The notes under the pieces: generated by a model
Seen by the model: the letters and a program-made list of their open reading frames with translations, nothing else
What the model was told of the DNA's origin: nothing
The model's database searches: none
Translations under genes and position numbers: made by a program
Shown: positions 14,331 to 26,276 of the stretch, in pieces
Position numbering within the stretch: position 1 is the first letter of the stretch
Layout: the number at the start of each line of letters is the position of its first letter
Origin: Hamiltosporidium tvaerminnensis FI-OER-3-3
Taxonomy: Eukaryota; Fungi; Microsporidia
DNA length: 64,000 nucleotides
Reading direction: 5' to 3'
NCBI GenBank assembly: GCA_022605425.2
Contig: JAKIMF020000007.1
Span: 992,001 to 1,056,000, forward strand

Positions 14331-16154
14331 TTATCTATGCTTCCTGACAAAATACCAATATCCAAGCAAACATCCTACAACTAAAAGTGTTAAGGCCGAG
14401 CATAATATCAAAACGATCTTCCATTTATCAGATTCATTTTTTTTCTTACTTTTTTGTTGTGATTCAGATTCGTCTTGGGAAGCAGACGAATTCATATCCG
14501 ATTTTTTATTTTTAGAAGTTTTTGTTATCTGTTCAGGTTGTTCTTTTCTCGATTTCACATCGGTTTTTGTGGCCGTTGGTTTATTTTGTAATATATCGGA
14601 TTCTTTAACAATTGTAGGTGATATTTCGATGGGTACATCTTTTAATTCATTTTCCATAAAAACACTGAAATATTTTTTTAGCATATCTTCCAATGATACA
14701 GATTTTTCAATATTTTGTTTAGTAGGTTTTCCTCCCAATGAATCTCTTAACTTGCTCAAAAAACCATTATTAGCAAAATATTGCACATGAACAACTGTAT
14801 TGACAAGATTCAATGTTTTTGGAACAAGCTTTGACAGCACAGGGTCACCATTAATATCTTTTTCGCATACAATTTTTTTATTTACAATTATATTCTTCAA
14901 GCAGGATAAATATTCTTTTTCCAAACTAACTTTTAAATCAGATTCTTCATATTCGCGATTTTTGAGTATCAAAATTTTAGTAAAAAACATCAATTCTATA
15001 ATAATCTGAAGTAATTTATTGCTATTAGGTATGCTATGTTTTAAACACTGGCATTTTAAACAAATTATAATCGGAATGTATTTATGATACGCGTGTCTTA
15101 TCGATTCCTTTAAAATAGAATAAATATTTTCCAGCTCAGTTGCGTTTTCTTTTCCTGTAAACAGTTCTAGAAATTCTTGTGGAAAATTTTCATCAACTGA
15201 TGTCGGTTTTTTTGAAATATCTAGTGTGCTAAATTTGAGAATAGAATCAAAGGTTATAGAATCGTTTAAAACTTCATCAAATAATCCTCTCGAAATGTGC
15301 TTCATTATGTTTTGCTGTTTTTCCGAACTTTGTATTGCAGAATATTTTTTAACAAACCATTCCTCTAAGTTAATAAGTTGCTCATAAAAAGTTTCATTTA
15401 AAACTATTTTGAATTGTTTAAATTCGAAATTTTGATTGTTTAAAGTCTCTTTATTTATCAATAAAAAATATGTTTTGATTGTTAGATAAAATAAAAAAAT
15501 CCTGTCAAAAGATGCATTTCGAAGAAAATTACTAAGTTTGCTTGCAACTGACTTGCTAATATCGGGCGGAATAGTGATATTCTCCCAAATACATCTATCC
15601 ATTCCGTCACCTTCAAAACAGCTTTGCTTTATTTTCTTACATAAAACAGGAGCATTTGCTTCCAGGGAAGTGATATCGATTGCACTATTTCTATTGTGTG
15701 CAATTTCATATGCATTTAATCGGTCTAGAAATAAATCGGTGGTCAGACTTTCCAAAGGTGATTTACTCCCAATATCTCTAAAAATACAATATAATTTTCC
15801 AAATCCAATTAAGTTAAAAAGAAGTTCCGAATAACACTTATAATTATTTTTTGAATCCGATGTATGTATGATGTAACAAATAAATGATACAAACTTCAAC
15901 AGGAATGAGTGATCATTTATATTTGTGTTTTCTTCAACAAAATCCATATAAAAATTTATAATTGATTGTAGTTTTTGTTTTTCTTCTACACCAATTCCGT
16001 TGTGCAGTCTATTCAAAATATTTTCTACTGAAGTATAACATGTTTTTCTACAACTTAAACCAATATTTATACCCTCGTCTACTGTTGGATCTGTCATAAA
16101 TATATAATGATTTTCCTGTAAACCACAAAGGCAAAATATTATATGAAAAAACAT
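14331..16154 (-). CDS. Hypothetical type-I membrane/surface protein (signal peptide, polar linker, C-terminal TM)
   Basis: Long intact ORF. First ATG is at 16154 (MFFHIIFCLCG) after a GGG motif. K/S/E-rich linker, then TM IVLILCSALTLLVVGCLLGYWYF and basic tail VRKHR. Confidence 0.85.
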   Translation of the reverse strand: MFFHIIFCLCGLQENHYIFMTDPTVDEGINIGLSCRKTCYTSVENILNRLHNGIGVEEKQKLQSIINFYMDFVEENTNINDHSFLLKFVSFICYIIHTSDSKNNYKCYSELLFNLIGFGKLYCIFRDIGSKSPLESLTTDLFLDRLNAYEIAHNRNSAIDITSLEANAPVLCKKIKQSCFEGDGMDRCIWENITIPPDISKSVASKLSNFLRNASFDRIFLFYLTIKTYFLLINKETLNNQNFEFKQFKIVLNETFYEQLINLEEWFVKKYSAIQSSEKQQNIMKHISRGLFDEVLNDSITFDSILKFSTLDISKKPTSVDENFPQEFLELFTGKENATELENIYSILKESIRHAYHKYIPIIICLKCQCLKHSIPNSNKLLQIIIELMFFTKILILKNREYEESDLKVSLEKEYLSCLKNIIVNKKIVCEKDINGDPVLSKLVPKTLNLVNTVVHVQYFANNGFLSKLRDSLGGKPTKQNIEKSVSLEDMLKKYFSVFMENELKDVPIEISPTIVKESDILQNKPTATKTDVKSRKEQPEQITKTSKNKKSDMNSSASQDESESQQKSKKKNESDKWKIVLILCSALTLLVVGCLLGYWYFVRKHR

Positions 16155-16527
16155 ACCCTCTCTATTTTTCTCACTTATATACAAATCGTAGGTACAAAAA
16201 AGGAAATATTTTTTTTATCTGTAATCCTTTTTTAAAAACTGATAATATTTTATCATTTTATCATAACGCACAAATAAATTAAGTGAAAATTTATTATAAT
16301 CCATTTTTTTATCGACAGTAAAATTTATTATCATGTTTGTTTAATCAGATTAAAATTTATTCTTTCAATCTTTTTTTTGCATTTTTCTTATCTTTGAAGT
16401 ATCAGTATTGATAACTCTTTAACTTATCAGATAAATAAAAATACTTTGAAATATACTTTTTTGTCTCGAAAAACATATCTTGTTTTGTATTTGATCGTAA
16501 GTTTTTGATTTAAACTTATTTACAAAA

Positions 16528-16865
16528 CTAGCTTACCCGCCGCGCGTTGCTACGATAAAAAAAGAAAGAAGATTCAAGTATAATAAAAACAATAGCATAT
16601 ATCAGTTTATTGATTTGAATAGTAATTATTTATTTTTTTGAGTGCTTTTGAACATTAATATTCTTTTTTTTGTTCTTGTGTCTAAACGAAAAAATCGGAA
16701 TAGATTTCCACGAATTATGTGGCTATATGAAGTTTTCATGTGAAATGCACGCATTCCCCAGATCTATTTTACACACTGCAGCATTTACTCTTGTGCGTTT
16801 TGGTGTCTTTCAAAAGGTGAGTCGTAAATAAATTTACACTTTTAGATGGCTTATTCGTTAGAACC
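16528..16865 (-). mobile_element. Helitron 3' remnant (decayed Pif1-helicase C-terminus plus canonical 3' end)
   Basis: Minus strand ends CGTAGCAACGCGCGG-CGGGTAAG-CTAG|T. Broken translation NAQE*MLQ..IDLGNACISHE..LHIA..SDFFV..KNI resembles the Rep/Hel end KAQGQSL..GIDL..PCFSHGQLYVA.SR..KNIV. Confidence 0.75.
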
Positions 16866-17226
16866 GTTGTGATGTGTGAGAAAAGTAAATCCCCCATTAA
16901 TATTACATGTATATTATTAACAACCTTTACTGCATTATGCTTTCAAATAACACCCCATTCTATTTCCCTCTATATTAACACCCGTTACCCAAATTTAAAT
17001 TTACTAACACCCTTTGAACCTCTATTTCACATTAACACCCTTCAAGATACACTACCCTATATATCAACACCATTTAAACTTGCCTACTCTTATTTACACC
17101 TTTTAAATAAATCCCATAATTGCCCTTTAGTTAAACTAACCTTATTAATGAAAACAATACTCGTTTGTATAAATAATAACTCCCTTTATTTACACTCATC
17201 AACCACATACACAGAGATATACACAT

Positions 17227-18470
17227 TTATTTAATAAAATTCTGGGTTAAAATATTTTAACATTTTTATATGTTTTCTTCTACCTCTTTAACCACTATTG
17301 TTTCTTCTTCCAAATCCGACTCTTCATTTATGTTATTGGTCGGTTCCTCCAGAGTGGTTCCTCCTTGTGAAATAAGGGGTGTATTATTTTTTGGTTTTAA
17401 AATTTTAACACCATCTTCCTCTCTTTTCGCTTCTTTTAAAGGGGGTATTGGTTCCTCATGCATCTCTGATCTCATAATAACACCCATTGACGCTCTCTCC
17501 CAGCTCTCTTCGGCATTTAGTCCTGACTCAAGTCCTCTTCGTCGATCAAAGGAAATTGTTTCGACTGTTTTCTTAAGTACTATATACTGAATGTATGCCT
17601 CTACATTCATGGGTATTTCTAGTCTTTTAAGATGAGATTTATGGTATTTTGTCACAATACCGTCCCAGGTCATCACATAAGGGATTATCTCAACACTACA
17701 CCTATAAATAAGACCCAACTCATTGGCTAGCAGGTCATACTTCCTAAGTTTTTCAGTTTCAACTATTTGAAGTGAATCTTGGGAAGTGATTCCTACTTCA
17801 ATGAGTGTTATCTTATTCTTCTTCTTATCTAAAATAAATATGTCCGGTCTGTTATTCCGAATTTTAACATCAGTTTTAATTCTGGTGTCCACTCTTATCT
17901 CTGCATACTCATTATCAAGAATTTCTTGAACTGAGTGGCTCCTTATTCGTTTTGAAGACTTAAACTTATATCTATTTAGAAGAAGAAGGTGTAGGCATCT
18001 AACCACTTCATTATGCCGTCTAGTGTAATCATGGCCTAGCATTTTTTCACATCTAGTTGCTAGATGATCCACAGTCTTACCAGACTTCCCGCAATGTTGA
18101 CACACACCATCTGCTCCCCAGAATACATTTCTATCCTGGATATAGCAGAACACAGCTTCATTTCGTGGCCTAATATTTCCTCTCTTTAGCCACCTTGAAG
18201 AGTCACTAACACTCACAAGCTCATTTTTTCTTGCATTATATAACTTTGAATGGAGTTTTCGTTTTTCTATTTCGTTATATAGTTTTGCAAGTTGAGCTTC
18301 TTCTAAACTTTTCTTAGTGACTTCTTCTACCAACCTGTACTTTACTTTTAAGAAGCCTTTTATTAGTGCAAGATGGGTTTTATTATTATTCTCCACCTTG
18401 AGGATTGCTGCTCGTCTAGTTGATATTTCTTTACTTTTTTCCAGACAATCCAAGAGTTGCAGAAGCATAT
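17227..18470 (-). mobile_element. 5'-truncated RLE non-LTR retrotransposon with 15-bp TSD
   Basis: CCHC knuckle (CQHC..H....C) and PD-(D/E)xK RLE (RPDI..LIEV..K..KY). TSD cagagatatacacat at 17212-17226 and 18471-18485. Confidence 0.92.
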
Positions 18471-18563
18471 CAGAGATATACACATACATTCATTTTTTAT
18501 TATAAATTATTAATTATTGGGAAACAAAATTATATTAAACATTACGTTATAAAATAGATTTAA

Positions 18564-19608
18564 CTATTATTTAATAAAATTCTGGGTTAAAACATTTTTA
18601 CCATTTTTATATGTTTTCTTCTACCTCTTTAACCACTATTGTCTCTTCTTCCAAATCCGACTCTTCATTTATGTTATTGGTCGGTTCCTCTAAAGTGGTT
18701 CCTCCTTGTGAAATAAGGGGTGCTTTATTTTTTGGTTTAAAATTTTTTTCACCATCTTCCTCTCTCTTCTCTTCTTTTAAAGAGGGTGTTGATTCCTCAT
18801 GCACCTCTGATCTCATAATAACACCCATTGACGCTCTCTCCCGGCTCTCTTCGGCATTTAGTCCTGACTCAAGTCCTCTTTGTCGATCAAAGGAAATTGT
18901 TTCGACTGTCTTCTTAAGTACTATAGACTGAATGTATGCTTCTACATTCATGGGTATTTCTAGTCTTTTAAGATGAGATTTATGGTATTTTGTCACAATA
19001 CCGTCCCAGGTCATCACATAAGGGATTATCTCAACACTACACCTATAAATAAGACCCAACTCATTGGCTAACAGGTCATACTTCCTAAGTTTTTCAGTTT
19101 CAACTATTTGAAGTGAATCTTGAAAAGTGATTCCTACTTCAATGAGTGTTATCTTATTCTTCTTCTTATCTAAAATAAATATGTCAGGTCTGTTATTCCG
19201 AATTTTAACATCAGTTTTTATTCTGGTGTCCACTCTTATCTCTGCATACTCATTATCAAGAATTTCTTGAACTGAGTGGCTCCTTATTCGTTTTGAAGAC
19301 TTAAACTTATATCTATTTAGAAGAAGTAGGTGTAGGCATCTAACCACTTCATTATGCCGTCTAGTGTAATCATGGCCTAGCATTTTTTCACATCTAGTTG
19401 CTAGATGATCTACAGTCATACCAGACTTCCCACAATGTTGACACACACCATCTGCTCCCCAGAATACATTTCTATCCTGGATATAGCAGAACAAAGCTTC
19501 ATTTCGTGGCCTAATATTTCCTCTCTTTAGCCATCTTGAAGAGTCACTAACACTCACAAGCTCATTTTTTCTTGCATTATATAACTTTGAATGGAGTTTT
19601 CGTTTTTC
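18564..19608 (-). mobile_element. Second 5'-truncated RLE non-LTR retrotransposon with 12-bp TSD
   Basis: Near-identical to the adjacent copy. TSD aaatagatttaa at 18552-18563 and 19609-19620. Confidence 0.92.
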
Positions 19609-22600
19609 AAATAGATTTAATATGTTTAAAAAAATTTAATTCTAATTTTTAAAATGTAAAAACTTTTGATTCAAAATAAAAGCACGAAATATGAATTTGT
19701 ATTTCGTTAGAATTTAAACTAAATTTGTTTTTCGTAAAAATAGTTTTAGATTTTGTAATGAGTTTCTTAATTCTATAAAAGTTGTATGTAATATAAAATA
19801 CAACGATATTAATGAACTAAATATAAATTTTTGAGTATATTGACAATCCTTGGAATACTAAGACTGGGGCCTAAGGTTCAACATATAATTTTAAGATAAT
19901 AAATTATTTATTTAAACTTATTCTCCGTATATTACTCTTTAAAAATAATAATTCATTTATTTCAGATACAGAAATATTTTTTTTTGTATTTTTAAAAAAT
20001 AAGTCTACAAGATTCTGTTAATAAATTCCCTATTATATTCTGATAAACCTAAGTTGAATGCCGTAAAGTACTTAATTTCTTCGCATTGGTATGAATTTTG
20101 GTTTTAATGTTTTAAAAGTTTATATGACTACTTTTCTCAGGCTCTCATATTTTTTATTCTCGTTTTTAGTACATTTTCTTGATAAAAAATCATAAAATTA
20201 TATTTTTCATTCCGTTTTTCATTACTATGTCTGTTTTCAAAGTTTAAATTTATAGTTAAATCACAATCTGAAAATATAATTTATTTTATAAGTGGCTATA
20301 AATCGGTTCGAAGTAAAAATATCGTAAAAATCAGAAATTTTTTATAAACCTGAAACTCTAAAAAGATTAAAAAATAGAAATATAATTTACAATTGCTGGT
20401 AATATTTTTAATGTGAAATGTTTCTCTCTTTTATCTTTTCTTATATCTGATTCGTTACTTCGTTTATTTTAATCATACTTTTATCTTAGCCATCCGAATG
20501 AAAGTAAAAAATAAACCTCGATGAGTGTTTCAAGGGTATTTTGGCGTATTGCGTGATAGGTTTTCAAGATAATTTCTTTAATAATCATGTCATAATTTCG
20601 AAACGTAACTATGATTCATAGGATTTACATCTTTAATAATTTCATACATATAAAAATGTGAAAAAACTTAATAAGTTGGAAATACTTATGAATATTTCCG
20701 TGGTCTCTGCTTTAATGTTTAATAATTAAAATTTTCAGACTCATTCGAACCTTAACATTATGAAACCTACCTTTAATATTCGAACTTTCAATTTGGTTTC
20801 GCTTTCTTAATTCTATACATCAATATCACTTTCAATAAAAGATGATGCTATCTTTTCTTAACTTTCTGACCTCGCAAAAACAGATATATTTGGACTAATT
20901 TAGATAAAAAAAACGTGCAAAAACGATATTTGTGCGGTGATATCGATAGTGAGATTACGTAAATTCAATATACCATCGTTATAATTTATTTGCTTAGAAA
21001 TAAAAACGTGAGATATTAAGCTGCGCCAAATATATAGTTATCTCTTTTACAACATACCTATTCATGGTATTTTAGGTCTTACGTAAATAATCTGAATACG
21101 ATCACCTCGATAGATTTGTTTTAAAATATACCTGCAGAATTATTTTGATCTTTTAGTTCGAAAAGAATTTATATATTCTGATTCATGAAACTTTTTTTAT
21201 CTTTTTTACAGTTGAAATTCGCTATTTTAACTTTATTAAATCATAAATTTTTATATTAACGTATCATTCATATTTAAAATCTCACAAAAAAAAGAATTTT
21301 ACAGCTGGTTCAGTTTAAAGAGAGTTAAGCTGGAGACCTTACTAATCTTTTGTAATTTGATTAGATTTTATTTAATTTTTTAAATAGAATATTTATATCA
21401 GAATATATTCTTAAAGTTATAATTTTCTTGAAAAAAAATCATAATATCCTATAGTTTTATCAGATTCAGCTTTTTAAGAGTTTTTAAGACAACAAAATTT
21501 AAAAACACAAATATTATGATTCATCTCATTTAATACCTTTAGTCTTAGAAGTATCAAATTTTTCAATTTATTAATTCAAGCAAACTCAGTTCAAATATAA
21601 AAGTACTGATACAGTCATTTAAAATATAACTCGTATATTTCTAATTAAATTAAATATTATTTCCAAAACAATCTAATTACAGTTACACATACATTATGGT
21701 CATTTATAAGATCAAAATTGTACATTTTCTTCTCATCATAAGTTTTTTTTCTCATAATAATAGCTAGTTGTTTAAATTATATCTTTTGAAATATAATATA
21801 CCTGCAGCTTTTAATCTGCTATTTTTACTTAAATAACACAATACAATGTGTTTAATTTAAATTTTTACGTAACATTAGAGCAACACAGATAAAATACACT
21901 TTTAAACAAAATAAAAACATTTTACTTACCTCTTATATGTTTTCCAAGGCTTTGTGCATTTAAATCAAAGAAGAACAAAATACAAGAGAAATTAAAAAAA
22001 AAAAACGTTATTTTTTTAAGAAAAAAAATTTACAAAAAACTATAAATTATAATATTAAATATTAAATTTAACTTTCATTTTAAACACTCTTAATTTTCAA
22101 TAGACATAAAATCTAAGATTATAGGGTTATTTGCTGCTTATAAGGTAGGAAGAACAAATTATAATACAATATAATAATTACAGTATTGATATACTATAAA
22201 ATTTAAAAAATTAAAAATCTTTATACTTCATATATCATTTTAATTTCTTCTAGTTTTACAAACTTAATATTTTTTACGTATAAATCTATACTTGATCAAC
22301 AATTAGGTTTAAAATTTATTAAAATACTGTATTAAATATTAATTACCTGTTAATCTCAATATAACTATTTTGACTCTTATATTAATTCATATGAACTTCA
22401 AATTTCTATAGAATCTAAGTATTCAACTGTATACTTCAAAATTAGATAATCAATATTTATGACTTTCAAACTTTATACTTCAACCTCACTAATAAAAATC
22501 TTTAACGCGATATGAGATATGAGTCACATGTATCTCTCGGTTTCTAGACGATTCTAATGATATCTATCTCGACTTATCAAAATTTGACTCAAAACCCAAG

Positions 22601-22994
22601 CTTTTTTTTTCTATCAAAAATAACAATTTCAAATAAATTAAAAGTCTCTCAATCATTTATAGTCTATTTTTATTGATATTCCAAGTATTTTAAGATATAT
22701 CTTGACGATTTTAATTACATTCCATCTCAGTTTATCACACAATAGATAATTTTATTTTTCGATTCGTCTTTTTTTAAAAAAATTTTAAAATTAAAAATAA
22801 TCAAAAAAATTATTTAAAATTCTAATTTTTAAATAATTTTACTCTTAAAAAAATTTACCAGTATTTTCTTGCTGCATAGAATATAAATACTTATAAAATC
22901 TAAAAAAAAGACAAAGATTTTATTATTTATATATTAGTTATGTATTAAAGATTTTGATTTAAAACTATAATGTGAAGAATAATTAAATCTATAA

Positions 22995-24160
22995 CCAAAA
23001 ACAAAAGTATTCAAAAATTAAAAAAATCTACCTAAAAAATATAAAAGTATTCAAGAATTAAAAAAATCTACCTAAAAAATACAATTAATTTATTTAAAAA
23101 TATCACATCTTTTTACAATAGTGGCAAGTGTTATATTTGTTTTCATGACATTAACGCAGTTCTAGGTTTAATATAAATGACTGCTACCCCAAAACTCCAT
23201 CAGTACCCCCTGGATACCTACGTTCCAAAGCCTTTCATCTACCAGGTATGTAGAACCTAATTAACAAGCGAGGCAGTTGCCCAGTGTTCTTTAATGTCCG
23301 CTGCATGGAGTGTGATCGAAGGCCGAAGCCCCCCCTAGGCTCCCCCAAGACTATGCAGCATTCCCACTTACCTACACTTTCTGAACCCAATAAACTTCTA
23401 GCTAAGATATATTTCAGAGATTTACATGGGGTCCACCTAGACAGTGCAATGTCATACCAACAGGTATAACCTGCTACTTAGCTCTCCTGGCTTTTAATGG
23501 GTTTTATTTTTATATCTCCCAGGCGCTAAGTCTTCTAACCCGAAGTGCAAGGCTAGGTTTCCATGCTTTTACATGGCAATTACCTACATGTTCAACTGCG
23601 GTCTGTAATCTGGTTACATAAAAAACTACAAATAAATTTGTAGAAAAATTTTCGCTATTTCTTAGACCTCTCCTCCTCATAACAACTTCCCTGTAACAAC
23701 CAAAGATGTAGTGTGGTTTTATTCCCACCAAAAATCCAAACAATGACCTCACACCAGTTTCACACACTCATTGCCAAGCAGAAAGTTTTTTATGTGGTTA
23801 TCCTCCCTCCACCTTTAAACCTCTACCTAAAAAATACAAAAGACCTATAAAAAAATAAAAAAATCTACCTAGAAAATACAAAAGTATTCAAAAATTAAAA
23901 AAATACAAAAGACCTACCTAAAAAATACAAAAGACCTATAAAAAATTAAAAAAATAGTCCAAAAAATACAAAAATAGTCCAAAAATTAAAAAAATCTACC
24001 TAAAAAATACAAAAGTATTCAAAAATTAAAAAAATAGTCCAAAAAATACAAAAGTATTCAGAAATTAAAAATATCTACCTAGAAAATATATAAAATAGTA
24101 AATCCTACAAAAAATAGTTAATCATCTAAAAAAATATAGAAATCTATAAAATAAAAGACC
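22995..24160. repeat. A-rich minisatellite (modules aaaaaatacaaaagtattc / aaaaattaaaaaaatctacct / aaaatagtcc), interrupted by a SINE-like insertion
   Basis: Repeated modules at 22995-23085 and 23820-24160, directly downstream of the P0 gene. Confidence 0.8.
23089..23813 (-). mobile_element. SINE-like family 1, young copy
   Basis: Near-identical to 53554-54283. tctacctaaaaaatacaa occurs on both sides, but it is also a satellite unit. Confidence 0.88.
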
Positions 24161-24171
24161 AAATAATTTAT

Positions 24172-24975
24172 TTAAGTCCTAAATGGAATAGTTTCAGGAA
24201 TATCAAATTCAAGTGCCATAGAAATACCAAGTAAGTTTTTATACCCATTAATAATTTCATAAGGAAGACTTGCTTTAGTAACAATACCCAATCCTAAAGA
24301 CAAAGCACAAATACTAGAAACACCTTGAGAAATATAATTAAATATATCACTAGTCGTTATATCTAACAAAGAAGAATCATATATTTCATTATTTTCATAG
24401 ACACATTTAAGTTGCATGAAATATGTAAATGGCTTGACATCTAAAATATAAAGTAAATTGGCTTGAGAAGGTCCTACTTTATCACCAGTAGTAAGTGCCT
24501 TACATTTAGATATAATTTCTACCTTTCCTTTAGTAATCTTAGTAGGTATACCAAGTGCTTGGAAATATGATGTTTTGTCTGGTCCCATTCCTGTTAAAGA
24601 TGCTTCTATCCATACATCACATTGTGAAATAGATCCTACCTTGGCATAAGTAAATCTTTTATTATCCATAATAACATTTTTAATTTCTTTGAAATCTGCA
24701 TTTGTAAATACAAAAGCAACATTTCCTTTGATTAATTCAATGACTTTTTCTAAATCTTTATTTTCTTTTAAATGTTCAGATAAACTCTTTTTCATTGTAG
24801 TGTTTTTACCGATGAGAAATTGTGTGCCAGAGGGCCATAACATTTTGGTTTTCTGTAATTGGTTTGAAGTTACGTTTGACATATCAACTACTATAAATTT
24901 ATTGTAGGTAGTAAATAAATCATATGTACGATTAAAAATGTAATTTTTTCTGTCTTTTTTGCTAATCTTTGTCAT
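24172..24975 (-). CDS. RPLP0: 60S acidic ribosomal protein P0 (uL10)
   Basis: Motifs GKNTTMKK, IKGNVAFVFT and TGMGPDKTSYFQALGIPTKITKGKVEI. True ATG at 24975 (MTKISKK) preceded by CCC motif; 267 aa. Confidence 0.95.
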   Translation of the reverse strand: MTKISKKDRKNYIFNRTYDLFTTYNKFIVVDMSNVTSNQLQKTKMLWPSGTQFLIGKNTTMKKSLSEHLKENKDLEKVIELIKGNVAFVFTNADFKEIKNVIMDNKRFTYAKVGSISQCDVWIEASLTGMGPDKTSYFQALGIPTKITKGKVEIISKCKALTTGDKVGPSQANLLYILDVKPFTYFMQLKCVYENNEIYDSSLLDITTSDIFNYISQGVSSICALSLGLGIVTKASLPYEIINGYKNLLGISMALEFDIPETIPFRT

Positions 24976-25117
24976 TTGAAGGGTTTGATTTTTTAGGGAA
25001 TTTATTTTTTTAGAAAAAAAAAGGAAGAAAAATTTTATATTTTTTTTAATAAAATGGGTATTTATTTTAAGAAAAAATGAGGTAGAAATTTTTATTTTTT
25101 GATTCTTTAATTTGATT

Positions 25118-25843
25118 GGTGAAATGAAAATAACCACAAAAAAGACTATCTGCTCGGCAATGAGTAAGTGAAATTGGTGTGAAGATCATTGATTGGCTTT
25201 TTTATGGGTATAATACCACTAGATTTTCAGTTTTTTAATGGGTTTGTATGAGGAGAAGGAGGTCTATGAAATGGCGAAAAAAATTTTAAAAATTTATTTT
25301 GTATTTTTTTAAATAACTAGATCGTATAACACATCTGAACCAGTGGGTAATTGCCATGTAAAAGCATTAAAATCTAGCGTCGCTCACACGGGTTAGAATG
25401 CTTAGCGTTTGGGTAAAAATGAAATTAAATCATTTAAAACCAGGAAAGCTAAGTTGCAGAGTATACCTGTTGGTAGGACATTGCAACGTCTAGGTAGAAC
25501 CCATGTAAGTTTCTGAAATATATCTTAGAAATATGTTTATTAGGTGCTGAAAGTGTAGAGTAATTTGAGATGTAGTCTATAGTCTTGGGGGAGCACAGAG
25601 TTAGTTTCGACTTAGAATAAAACTCTATGTAATTAACATTAACGAACCACAGGCACCTGTCTCGTCCATTAATTGGGTTTTACACAACTTTTAGATAAAA
25701 TGTTTTGGGATGTAGGTTTCGTACGAAATACTGATGGGGTACTGGAAGCAGTTATTTATGTTAAGACTAGAACTGTTTTAATTTTATCAAAACAAATATA
25801 TCACTTGCTATTGTTTTAAAAAATGTGATATTTTTAAAGTAAA
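25118..25843 (+). mobile_element. SINE-like family 1, diverged full-length copy, opposite orientation
   Basis: Plus strand reads ggtg..ataaccac..ggcaatgagt..ggtaattgccatgtaaaagcat..atacctgttggta..atgtgatatttttaaa. Confidence 0.8.
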
Positions 25844-25958
25844 AAGATTTTATTTTTTAATACAAATATTATAGTGTAGATTATAACACACTATTTATAG
25901 ACATTTTTTGTGGTTTGAATATAAATTTATAAATCGTCATTTATTTAATGTAAGATTA

Positions 25959-26276
25959 TCTTTCCTATCATCCCGGAAGCAGAATTGGCTTGGAGTATTC
26001 CCTGATTATGGTACGAAGCGACTATCGTTTCCCCATCATTCCCGGAAGCAGAATTAGCTTAGAGTATTCCCTGATTGTGGTACGAGGCGACTATCGGAGA
26101 CTAATCCTTCGGGTTTGAGTTTAGTGTAGGCCTAAAAACCCACCCTCTGAAACCACCTTGTTACGAAACCAAAAAAAAAAAGTACACGAACCCACTGGAA
26201 AAAGATCACCGGCGGCTTTGCCGAAAAGGGCCAAAGCTCGTGCAGGGTTTTGGTGCCCTGGATGGATGAAAAAGGA
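25959..26276. mobile_element. ~240-nt structured interspersed repeat (family 2) with internal ~68-bp tandem duplication
   Basis: Homologous to 39440-39679 (gcagaattggcttgg.gtatt, accttgt.acgaaacc, caccgg, gctcgt, aaagga). Duplicated unit at 25961-26027 and 26028-26096. Confidence 0.7.

Noticed and set aside
14569-15834. Short antisense ORFs over real genes and TEs (also 17270, 18611, 24689, 31311, 48165 etc.)
   Set aside because: These are shadow ORFs, mostly with non-ATG starts and no protein features.
21921-21960. ACTTACCT (U1 5' end on plus, or GTAAGT donor on minus)
   Set aside because: No U1 stem-loops follow it, and I could not build a coherent spliced ORF.
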